Part shown: piece by piece, positions 45,119 to 53,100 of the stretch
Position numbering within the stretch: the stretch's first letter is position 1
Layout: each line of letters begins with the position of its first letter
Virus record (IMG/VR): IMGVR_UViG_3300042731_002249
Location: 6,432-70,431 of that record
Reading direction: 5' to 3' (one strand)
DNA: 64,000 nucleotides
Source of the DNA: a virus
Notes under the pieces: generated by a model
Told to the model about the DNA's origin: nothing
Databases searched by the model: none
What the model saw: only the letters and a program-made list of their open reading frames with translations
Translations under genes and position numbers: made by a program

Positions 45119-45308
45119 GGCGGCAGTCGAGTTCGGTGTCAGCTACGGGCTGGAAGAGGGGGAGACCCTGCCAACCGATGTTGAAGAACTGACCGAAGCC
45201 CAGTACTCCGTGTTCTGCATGATGCAGACCCTGAAGGGCACGCTGGAAGACGCGAAGCCGCAGGACATTAAAGGTGAGGCTGGCTCTGGCCTGATAGTAC
45301 CTAATTGA
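45024..45308 (+). CDS. Hypothetical acidic protein (start uncertain)
   Basis: Overlaps the terS 3' end; ends SGLIVPN. Confidence 0.5.
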   Translation: MESCLEKPLTENTKKLRTCYLMIRDVPGQEDEAAVEFGVSYGLEEGETLPTDVEELTEAQYSVFCMMQTLKGTLEDAKPQDIKGEAGSGLIVPN

Positions 45309-45353
45309 CTATACTGGCGCGACAGGGGTGCTTTCACACAATAGGAGACCAGC

Positions 45354-45989
45354 ATGTTTTACAACTGGCCGAAAGACCTTGATACGCAAAGCGCTACCTA
45401 CAAATCTGAAGGTGTCCACAAGAACCGTGACTCGACTGCCAAGATGCAGGTTGAGGCCAAGAATCGTGATGGGCAGACCGATGCCGAGTTAGCGGCTGAG
45501 CGCACCGCCGCCGCCATGGAAAAGAACATTGATTCGATGCCCAAGGGAATCGGTGTCGATGAACCCATGAAAATCGCCAAGGGCGAAAAAGACGTGACCC
45601 AAGAGCAGCAGAAGATGGTCAACAAGGCCAGCGCTGCAAACATCTCCAGCGTAGAGCCGGGTCATATTGCGTGGTATCCAACGCCAATGCAGGGCACGCA
45701 GGCCAGCTACGGCGATGGCGCACCCAAAGGCTCGAACGCACAGAAGATCAACCAAGACGAAGCAATGTCCGGTCTCATGTCAGCCGGTGCCGAAGGCTAT
45801 ATGTCGGGCGGCATGTCTGGTGCTGGGTCGGCTATGGGTGGCGCTGGCATGGGAATGATCTCATCGTCAATCGGTCAGGACATCGCGTCGAAAGACGACT
45901 CAGTAGATCAGGCGACCGAAGCCCTGTTTCAGGATGACTCAGTGGGCGAAGCTCACCGGGCACTTGGAGAAAAACTGCAAGGGAGATAG
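45354..45989 (+). CDS. Hypothetical protein, possibly virion-associated
   Basis: AGGAG RBS; G/M-rich segment. Confidence 0.65.
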   Translation: MFYNWPKDLDTQSATYKSEGVHKNRDSTAKMQVEAKNRDGQTDAELAAERTAAAMEKNIDSMPKGIGVDEPMKIAKGEKDVTQEQQKMVNKASAANISSVEPGHIAWYPTPMQGTQASYGDGAPKGSNAQKINQDEAMSGLMSAGAEGYMSGGMSGAGSAMGGAGMGMISSSIGQDIASKDDSVDQATEALFQDDSVGEAHRALGEKLQGR

Positions 45990-45991
45990 CC

Positions 45992-46174
45992 ATGCCGCTC
46001 ACCAGCAAAGGCAAAAACATCCAACGCCGCATGAAAGAGCAGTACGGCGAAAAGAAGGGCGAGCAGGTCTTCTACGCCAGCAAGAACAAGGGCACAATCA
46101 AGGGCGTAGACAGGCCCAAAGGCCATGGCGGCATGAAGCGCAACAGGCACGGCGCAACCAAGTGTGAGAAATGA
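45992..46174 (+). CDS. Small basic phage protein
   Basis: MPLTSKG..I...MKEQYG.KKGEQVFYASKNKG.I.GV, a family I recognise from podoviruses with this gene order. Confidence 0.75.
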   Translation: MPLTSKGKNIQRRMKEQYGEKKGEQVFYASKNKGTIKGVDRPKGHGGMKRNRHGATKCEK

Positions 46175-46581
46175 ACCTCGGCTACGAGATCAATCTCGAA
46201 GCGGTGTGCCGAAAAGAGAGATTTAAGCCAGAGGAAGTGGTACAATCTGATCTGGTGTTCCCCAAGGGTGCCGTGCCCAACGCCCAGATAATCTGGGTCC
46301 GCGTTTTGCTGAAAAACGGAGAGCGCAGATTTGTCACGCTGCCCCTGAGAGACTTCTACGAGTTTGTCGATCTGCCAGTGTCCAGCATTGGTGGCTGGAC
46401 AGACGGAGAAGTTGGGACTGACGAAAGTGGAATGAAGGCGCACCTTGACCGCTATGGCAGCGACGGATCAGATATTCCAAGACTTGACACCCGGTATGAA
46501 ATTGACCATATCGGGAGCGATGTCGCGTTACCGGATGAGCTACAGCACAGCTCAGAAAGCGATGCGTCACCTGTGGATTGA
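46171..46581 (+). CDS. Hypothetical protein
   Basis: ATGA-coupled to the previous gene. Confidence 0.5.
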   Translation: MNLGYEINLEAVCRKERFKPEEVVQSDLVFPKGAVPNAQIIWVRVLLKNGERRFVTLPLRDFYEFVDLPVSSIGGWTDGEVGTDESGMKAHLDRYGSDGSDIPRLDTRYEIDHIGSDVALPDELQHSSESDASPVD

Positions 46582-46651
46582 AGGTTTCCTGAAACGGCAG
46601 AAAGTGGGCAGGGTGCTTGAGTACGAGGGCAAGCAGGAGAGGCTTGTATGA
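46454..46651 (+). CDS. Putative winged-HTH protein
   Basis: [34 protein letters not shown] is GntR-like; ATGA-coupled to the next gene. Confidence 0.5.
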   Translation: MAATDQIFQDLTPGMKLTISGAMSRYRMSYSTAQKAMRHLWIEGFLKRQKVGRVLEYEGKQERLV

Positions 46652-47613
46652 AGACGAGAATAGCTGCGGCGCTACTGGCAGTGGCGCTGTTTTGGTTCAC
46701 CTGCATCCAGATGGCCTACGCGACCAACTGGGGAGAGTGTGAGCATCCACGTTTTGTAGAGCAGGGCTGTCAAGAGCCGGGGCCAGCAGGCCCACCGGGA
46801 CCGCAGGGTCCACCGGGACATCCGGGACCTGAAGGACCGCCCGGACCTGAAGGCCCACCGGGACCAGAAGGACCACCGGGGCCAGAGGGACCACCGGGGC
46901 CACAAGGGCCACCGGGACCTGAAGGACCGCCCGGACCCATGGGGCCAGAGGGACCACAAGGCCCACCGGGTGAAGTACCCACCGAATGGATTACTGAGAC
47001 TCGCACCGATTTCAACACGCTGTACAAGTGGCGCGAAGACATGCGCGAATCTGCTGCTGCAATGGCAGCGATGGAAACTCACCTGCCGCAGTACATGAAG
47101 CAGCGGCTGCACCTGAACATGGCAACCGTCGAAGGCAAGACAGCCATTGGCTTCGGCTATGCGTACATGCTGGACAGTGACCGCAACGCTGGCCTGACGT
47201 TCTCCATGGGCCACTCAGGTGGAGAGACAGCAGCACGCGCCAGCTTCGGCTTCGAGTTTGGTGACGACCGCCCGATGAAGATCGACCTGACTGGCATCGC
47301 TGCATACTCAGCAGCGCCTGAGCCAGAAGAGGGCGTGTATGTTACGCACGAAGAGTACAACCAGCTGACGATGGCGCAGGTTTCCAAGGAAGAGCTGGAA
47401 GACCTTGCCGAGCAGCAGGAGTACCGATACGCACAGCAGCAGAACCTGATTAACTCCCTCAAGGCCGAGCATGAAGACAAGCAGGCTGAACTTGAGCGAC
47501 TAAAGCGGGAAGCGGCCAGACTCCGGGCCGAACAGAAAAAGCAGGAGGAAGATGATGCCGCACGTCGCGCTGCCGCACTCAAGGCACTGGGCAAAAAGGA
47601 TGAGGGCGGCTGA
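46648..47613 (+). CDS. Secreted collagen-like protein with a YadA-type anchor and a C-terminal coiled coil
   Basis: Signal peptide; about 22 Gly-Pro-X-type triplets; SAAAMAA..LPQ plus four beta-strands ending FGFEF; then about 115 further residues. Confidence 0.75.
   Translation: MKTRIAAALLAVALFWFTCIQMAYATNWGECEHPRFVEQGCQEPGPAGPPGPQGPPGHPGPEGPPGPEGPPGPEGPPGPEGPPGPQGPPGPEGPPGPMGPEGPQGPPGEVPTEWITETRTDFNTLYKWREDMRESAAAMAAMETHLPQYMKQRLHLNMATVEGKTAIGFGYAYMLDSDRNAGLTFSMGHSGGETAARASFGFEFGDDRPMKIDLTGIAAYSAAPEPEEGVYVTHEEYNQLTMAQVSKEELEDLAEQQEYRYAQQQNLINSLKAEHEDKQAELERLKREAARLRAEQKKQEEDDAARRAAALKALGKKDEGG
46778..46972 (+). repeat. Collagen-encoding imperfect 9/18-bp tandem repeats
   Basis: GGACC(A/G)CCGGG(A/G)CC(A/T)GA(A/G)-type units. 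Confidence 0.9.
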
Positions 47614-47912
47614 TGGACAGGAAGACGATCATATCGACTGCGGTGACGACCTTCGTTGCCGTAGCGGTGACAGGTGCGGTGGGCTGGCTCACGGGCGTGT
47701 GGAACCAAGGCAGCGAAGCCATAGCCAGAGATCAAATTGAAGCGATTGCTAAAGAAGTGATCGCTGAAGAGATGACCACGGACGAGGGCATCACTCAAGC
47801 ACAGGCGCTGGTACAGATCAGTCAGGCGCTGGTGCGCATCGAGACGAAAGTCGAGGGCGTGGAGGATGACGTTGCCGACATACGTCAAGCAGTGAGAGCT
47901 TTGGCACAATGA
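47613..47912 (+). CDS. Membrane-anchored coiled-coil protein
   Basis: N-terminal TM segment; LVRIETKVEG heptads. Confidence 0.65.
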   Translation: MDRKTIISTAVTTFVAVAVTGAVGWLTGVWNQGSEAIARDQIEAIAKEVIAEEMTTDEGITQAQALVQISQALVRIETKVEGVEDDVADIRQAVRALAQ

Positions 47913-48100
47913 CAAAAATAATCATGTTGTTCTGGGTGATGACAGCCGAGGGCCAGATCACAGAGCCACAACAGTTCGACGGTTTCCTGAGCATGGAAGC
48001 CTGCGAGGTGGCAGCGGAGAGCCTGACGGAGAGTAACCCGAAAGAGCAACGAACTTACGGCTACGCAGTGGTAGCCACCTGCATGGAGGTTCCGAAGTAA
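47909..48100 (+). CDS. Small hypothetical protein
   Basis: F.SMEACE.AA...C motif. Confidence 0.6.
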   Translation: MTKIIMLFWVMTAEGQITEPQQFDGFLSMEACEVAAESLTESNPKEQRTYGYAVVATCMEVPK

Positions 48101-48222
48101 TGGCATTGTCAATCGCATTTCAGAGAGTAGTGAAAGCCCTCGGTGGCAAGCGTGCCGCCAAGAAAATACTGGGCGATGCGTACTGGGACATTCAATGGCA
48201 GATCATGACCGAAGAGAGCTGA
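48100..48222 (+). CDS. Hypothetical protein (40 aa)
   Basis: TAATG coupling with GGAGG RBS; absent from the ORF track. Confidence 0.45.
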   Translation: MALSIAFQRVVKALGGKRAAKKILGDAYWDIQWQIMTEES

Positions 48223-48301
48223 AAGCCATCTGGATGTGGCGTGGGTTCCTGTACGGCCTGATCATTGCCCTCGGCGTGTTCATCCACTGCGTAACGATAC
48301 G

Positions 48302-48505
48302 ATGAGCAACCGACTTGAGACTGGCCCATACAGGCCAGCCGAGGATGACTGGACCGGGGTGTTCATCCGGGGCGACGAAGCCGCGTGGTACGCCAGTATG
48401 CTCAGGACAGCCATGGCATCAGAGAGGGACGAGAACCCCATTGCCAACGCGGCCATGTCCGGGCTACTGACCATCCTTGAGTCCTGCGACGAGCGCAAGC
48501 AATGA
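48302..48505 (+). CDS. Hypothetical protein
   Basis: RLETGP....DDWTGVFIRGD.A motif. Confidence 0.6.
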   Translation: MSNRLETGPYRPAEDDWTGVFIRGDEAAWYASMLRTAMASERDENPIANAAMSGLLTILESCDERKQ

Positions 48506-48822
48506 GCGACATCGACCTCACCAAGCAGCCAGCCTACATGAGCGTGGCAGAACTGCGCCGTGAGGTAGTGGCCAGCCGCCAGCGCATCAGGGAGCTGGAA
48601 GAGTTCATCGAAGAGATAGACCACCAGTACGATGCCATGCAGCAGATTGACTCGTGGTGCAAAGCCTATCCACACGACATCTTCCCTGAGCCTGACTGGG
48701 TAGAAGCACGGGAGAAGCTGGGAGACAGCCTGTTGTCCCGTGTATCAGCAGCCAACATGCGTCATGTCACTGAGGGCATTATCAGAATTATCACCGGGTG
48801 TGAAAGAAATAACACTCAGTGA
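48502..48822 (+). CDS. Hypothetical protein
   Basis: W.KAYP.DIFPEPD motif; coupled start. Confidence 0.6.
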   Translation: MSDIDLTKQPAYMSVAELRREVVASRQRIRELEEFIEEIDHQYDAMQQIDSWCKAYPHDIFPEPDWVEAREKLGDSLLSRVSAANMRHVTEGIIRIITGCERNNTQ

Positions 48823-48840
48823 GGTAGGAGCAAGGTAGGA

Positions 48841-49098
48841 ATGATCCAGTGGAGCGTGTTGCAAGACCCTGACAGCTGGGACACCATGCCCACCATGAGC
48901 AAGAGAATGCCCATCAATCAACTGACCGGTGACGTGAATCTGTACGAGCTGTGCCCTGAGCAGGGCGACAGCATTCTCGTGGTGAACTGTGGCACGCACT
49001 ACGAGATCAGGTATCACAGGTGGGACTTGGGCCACCCTGCCGCGCTCACCGATCAGGACATTGATGACATCAGGCATGGCCGCATTACGTGGCATTAG
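48841..49098 (+). CDS. Hypothetical protein
   Basis: AGGA RBS. Confidence 0.5.
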   Translation: MIQWSVLQDPDSWDTMPTMSKRMPINQLTGDVNLYELCPEQGDSILVVNCGTHYEIRYHRWDLGHPAALTDQDIDDIRHGRITWH

Positions 49099-49287
49099 TA
49101 CTGGCATTGTTCACACTCAGTGGTATAAACTTCACACACTGCACAAAGTCTCCGAACAGCCTGTGACGATGGGTCGCGTGAGACACAAGTTGACGAACGA
49201 GCCAGATGCAGTGGAGTGGGTGAGGCGACCGACAAACCGCGACTCCGTGAACGCATGTCCCTGCCAATGGGTGGCGACTCGATAGGA

Positions 49288-49312
49288 ACAGGGGCACCTA
49301 CGGGTGCCCTGT
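49288..49312 (+). terminator. Hairpin, possible terminator or processing site
   Basis: ACAGGGGCACC-TACG-GGTGCCCTGT; weak T-tail. Confidence 0.5.
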
Positions 49313-49328
49313 CTGTATTGGGGGCCGT

Positions 49329-49931
49329 ATGGCTTATTCGGGACAAGCAAAGATAGCGTTCGATACGGGCTTCAACGAAGCTCTGTTTGGCCGTCCCAAT
49401 GCCAACCCCTATGACCAAACTGTAGTCGGTAAGTCGTGGCAGGCTTACGAAGAGGGCTACGAGCTTGGTCTCATCTCCGATCAACCACCACGTGGACCAC
49501 AGGGCGAAGAAGGCCCAGCTGGCCCAGTGGGTCCGCAAGGGCCTGCCGGGACGGACGGCACAGATGGTGTAGATGGCAATCAGATACTCGTAGGTGCAGG
49601 CGCACCCGGCTCTGGCATCGGCAATGACGATGACCAGTACATCGACAGCGATAGCGGCGATATCTACACCAAGGTTGCTGGCACGTGGAACCTGCAAGGG
49701 AACATAGGCGAAGTGGCACAGACATCACGCATCGATCAGGTAGACCCTGACGCAACCCCTGAGATCATCTACCGTGGCAGAGCGCTACCCGGCACACTGG
49801 AGAGCGTAGCTGCATGGCGCATTGAGCGAATCACCATTGCAGCTGACGGTGATGTGGAAACACTGTTCGCTGATGGCGATGACCTCTTCAACAACATCTG
49901 GACGAACCGAGCGTCCCTTTCATACTCGTAA
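49329..49931 (+). CDS. Collagen-containing structural protein with an Rmf/CrpP-like N-terminal motif
   Basis: AF..GF...L.G....NPY.....W.AY.EGY; short G-X-Y run; G.DDDQYID...GDIY.K..G.W; YRG.A.PG.....WRI.RI...ADG...F..IW..R.SL.Y. Confidence 0.65.
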   Translation: MAYSGQAKIAFDTGFNEALFGRPNANPYDQTVVGKSWQAYEEGYELGLISDQPPRGPQGEEGPAGPVGPQGPAGTDGTDGVDGNQILVGAGAPGSGIGNDDDQYIDSDSGDIYTKVAGTWNLQGNIGEVAQTSRIDQVDPDATPEIIYRGRALPGTLESVAAWRIERITIAADGDVETLFADGDDLFNNIWTNRASLSYS

Positions 49932-49943
49932 CAGGAGAGCAGC

Positions 49944-50096
49944 ATGAGCAAGATCAAACAGGCAGAGCAGGACATCCGTGTGGCCAAGGGCCTTGACGAG
50001 GCACCGGCAGAAGAGACGATTGCCGAGGCCGCTGAAGCAGCAGCTGAAGCAGTAGTCGAAGAGCCTGTGGTTGAGCCTGAGCCAGAAGCAGAGTAG
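49944..50096 (+). CDS. Small acidic protein (50 aa)
   Basis: AGGAG RBS; E/A/P-rich; absent from the ORF track. Confidence 0.6.
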   Translation: MSKIKQAEQDIRVAKGLDEAPAEETIAEAAEAAAEAVVEEPVVEPEPEAE

Positions 50097-50102
50097 TGGC
50101 CA

Positions 50103-50300
50103 ATGAGCCTAAACACACTGAGGCTCGAAGTTGAGGCACTGGATGCAGAGCAGGGTTACCTGCTACGCGGCAAGATGACAATCAACGGCGAGCGCACGGA
50201 AATCGCAGAACACTACGACACCGAAGCGGACCTGCGCACAAGGCTGGGCACTGGCTTCGATATATGGGCAGCACAGGTAGACGCGGAGCCAATACCATGA
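50103..50300 (+). CDS. Hypothetical protein
   Basis: Operon packing. Confidence 0.55.
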   Translation: MSLNTLRLEVEALDAEQGYLLRGKMTINGERTEIAEHYDTEADLRTRLGTGFDIWAAQVDAEPIP

Positions 50301-50635
50301 GCAGCAGATCATTGAAGGACATGAAGTGTGGCCACACCGGCTACACCATCGAGACAGGTCACGGTGGCCTGAAGAAGAACAAAGACGACAAGATAATTAA
50401 CACTGGCGACAAGTCCGGGGTAACCGTCAAGGGCGCAGAGTCAAGCGGCATGGCGCGTGCTAATGCACAGAAGGGCAAGCCCAAGGCAGCATCGAACAAG
50501 CCAGAGGCGGCAAAGCCCATGGATGACCGTCAAGCTGAACCGGGCTGGGATCAGATCGGCAAGTCAGGCGCTGACATCGTGAAGACCTACAAGTCCAAGA
50601 AGAGCAGCGGTGGCACCAGTGGTGTTCCTGCGTGA
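50297..50635 (+). CDS. Basic low-complexity protein
   Basis: ATGA coupling; K/G/S-rich. Confidence 0.55.
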   Translation: MSSRSLKDMKCGHTGYTIETGHGGLKKNKDDKIINTGDKSGVTVKGAESSGMARANAQKGKPKAASNKPEAAKPMDDRQAEPGWDQIGKSGADIVKTYKSKKSSGGTSGVPA

Positions 50636-51039
50636 TCAAAGTCATCACATGGTGGGACACGGTGCAGCTCGAACCTGAGATCGAGTGGCGCATGTGGCGG
50701 CAACTCAGAGGCGCATTCGACATCCAGTCGGACAACATGCACTTCCTGCCCGTGATCCCAGAGATGGAGAGCTACACCTTCCATCAGCACAACACGCTGG
50801 CCGAGGCACTGGCAGCAGCTGGTGATGGTGTGCGCTGTTTCCTCGAACCGGGTGGCACACAGACTGTGGCCGACATGCCTGCCGGTGGTGACATCATTCT
50901 GATACTGGGCAGCACCTCAGAGTCCAATGCAGCGTTAGCACAGGCAAGCGAGATGTACCGCATCGACAGCCCAGCACCGACTGACCTGTATGGCGTGAAT
51001 GCCGCAGCAATAGCCTTGGCAATACGACACGGGCAATGA
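50632..51039 (+). CDS. SPOUT (SpoU/TrmL-like) fold protein
   Basis: CFLEPGG, ILILGS, YRIDSP...LYGVNAAAIAL..R resembles the SPOUT trefoil-knot C-terminus. Confidence 0.55.
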   Translation: MIKVITWWDTVQLEPEIEWRMWRQLRGAFDIQSDNMHFLPVIPEMESYTFHQHNTLAEALAAAGDGVRCFLEPGGTQTVADMPAGGDIILILGSTSESNAALAQASEMYRIDSPAPTDLYGVNAAAIALAIRHGQ

Positions 51040-53087
51040 CCACAGACAACCGCACCACGTTGAACGCTTGCGATGCCAACACCAACTGGACTGGTGATGA
51101 CGGCACGCCTACGTCGGTGACGGCTGCTGGCCTGTTCTACGAGAACGGCAACTCACTCAGCTTCCAGCACACCAACGCACCGGAGCATACGTACTACACC
51201 GATGGCACTGGCTGGGATTTATCCGATGCCAGCGTGTGGCTGATCGTCAAGGTGAACCAGCAGGACACGCAGCTCAACGGTGGGATGCAGTACGTTCTCG
51301 GTGATGGCACGAATCGATTTGGTGTCGAGATCGGTGGTTCTGACAATACGGGCGTGGGCCTGAGCAAACTGTTCTACGGGCTGATGGTGGACGTGACGAA
51401 CCGCGCCTCATTCACCTTGCAGAACTACGCTGGCGTGAATGGTAACTACACGCCAGCAACTACCACGCAGGTTGGCTATGGCTCCAATCATCTTGCCAAG
51501 GCCGTAGGTGCAGTCGATAACATCTACCTTGACCGGCTGAGCTTTATTGCCAACGACTCAGCAGCGATAACCATCAACGGTGGCACAGTCGGCACGCCAG
51601 AGACGTGGACAGATGTAGCAGGTGACGACGATACCAATGGCTGGGGTGTGTGCGGTAACCCGAAGGCCAGCCAGTTCGAGATCAACTGCTCGTTCGACAT
51701 GGGCGACAGTGCAGCAGCTGACTCGTACTTTGAGATGTCAGGTGTGCAGCTCTACCTGCTTGGTCAGGGCTACGGTGCGACCCATGCCTTCTGGTCGCTG
51801 GTCAGCAACGTAGGGCAGACCAACCAGCTGGTGATCGATGGTTCGCAGATCATCTCGGTCGCAGGCACTACCGGGTCACCCTATGACCTCATCTGGACGG
51901 ACACCAACTTCAACAACCTTCAGATAGATGGCGCGTTGTTCGTGGACGTGGGCAACGTCACCCTGCCAGCCGACAGCGTTACACGCTGGATCAGAACCAC
52001 CACGTTCGACAACCCAACAACGATCACGCCGAACACGTTTGAGCTGACTGATTGCGTACTGGCCTGTGGCACCAATACCAGCGCTGATGGGCTGCTGGTG
52101 CTGGACACGGCTGGCGACTCAGACAACATGAGCGGCATCAGCTTCGTGGATGATGGAGCAGGCCACGCGATCCTCATCACGGCGACTGGCACCTACGACT
52201 TCAACGACTTCACTTACACCGCTGGCTTCACTGGCACTGGCACGAACGCTGCGGTCTACAACAACTCAGGTGGCGCAGTGACCATCAACGTACTGGGTGG
52301 TGATACGCCAACCGTGCGCAATGGTACTGGCGCATCCACCACGGTGAACAACTCGGTGACGGTCACGGTGAATGGCGTAGCTGAGGGCACAGCGGTCAAG
52401 GTCACGGCCAACGAGACCGCAGGCACAGTTACGGCAGGCGACGTACTGCAACAGGGTCTGGCTGACTCCACAGGCGCACTGTCGTTCTCGCTCAACTACG
52501 AGGGTGCGTTCGGTGCTGGACTGGACGTGCTGATCAGCGCACGCAATCAGGGACTGCCAACAGCAGCGATTGCTGATGACGGTGGCGTGCAGACAGATGA
52601 GACCACCGCAGCGAACAGCGGCACCACCGATGACATGACGCTCACGCCGACGACACCGGCAGTGAACGATGCGTACTACTGGGGTCACCCGGAAGAGCCA
52701 GCAGGTCTCAAGATCAACATCTCCAGCGCCAGCACCGACACGGGACAGACGATCACGTGGGAATACTGGAACGGCGCATGGACTTCATTGACAGGGGTGA
52801 CGGACGGCACCAATAGCTTCCAGAACAGCGGTCTCAACAAGGTAACGTGGACAGCGCCCACTGATTGGGCTACAACCACTGAGAACGGTCAGGGGCCGTA
52901 TTACTACATTCGTGCAAGGGTTAGCGCTGTCGGTGGAACGCCTAACCAAGCACTCGGCAGATGGTCATCACTCGATGTGACGCGCTATCTCCCAATACCA
53001 CCGCAGGGCGTGCTACAGCGCACCATAACCTCAACCGGTCTCACCGCCACGCTCACGCAGGCCGTGGACACAATTTCTACGTTCTAA
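51036..53087 (+). CDS. Virion structural/fibre protein
   Basis: T/G/D/N-rich multi-domain beta protein; WEYWNGAW..L..V.DGT...W..P.DW......GPYYYIR module. Confidence 0.65.
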   Translation: MTTDNRTTLNACDANTNWTGDDGTPTSVTAAGLFYENGNSLSFQHTNAPEHTYYTDGTGWDLSDASVWLIVKVNQQDTQLNGGMQYVLGDGTNRFGVEIGGSDNTGVGLSKLFYGLMVDVTNRASFTLQNYAGVNGNYTPATTTQVGYGSNHLAKAVGAVDNIYLDRLSFIANDSAAITINGGTVGTPETWTDVAGDDDTNGWGVCGNPKASQFEINCSFDMGDSAAADSYFEMSGVQLYLLGQGYGATHAFWSLVSNVGQTNQLVIDGSQIISVAGTTGSPYDLIWTDTNFNNLQIDGALFVDVGNVTLPADSVTRWIRTTTFDNPTTITPNTFELTDCVLACGTNTSADGLLVLDTAGDSDNMSGISFVDDGAGHAILITATGTYDFNDFTYTAGFTGTGTNAAVYNNSGGAVTINVLGGDTPTVRNGTGASTTVNNSVTVTVNGVAEGTAVKVTANETAGTVTAGDVLQQGLADSTGALSFSLNYEGAFGAGLDVLISARNQGLPTAAIADDGGVQTDETTAANSGTTDDMTLTPTTPAVNDAYYWGHPEEPAGLKINISSASTDTGQTITWEYWNGAWTSLTGVTDGTNSFQNSGLNKVTWTAPTDWATTTENGQGPYYYIRARVSAVGGTPNQALGRWSSLDVTRYLPIPPQGVLQRTITSTGLTATLTQAVDTISTF

Positions 53088-53100
53088 CGGAGAGCAACAA

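Noticed and set aside
46778-46972. CRISPR-like repeat array
   Set aside because: These are in-frame collagen codon repeats with no unique spacers and no cas genes.
48234-48305. 23-aa hydrophobic ORF MWRGFLYGLIIALGVFIHCVTIR
   Set aside because: ATGA-coupled to the next gene but very short with no clear RBS; not enough support to annotate.
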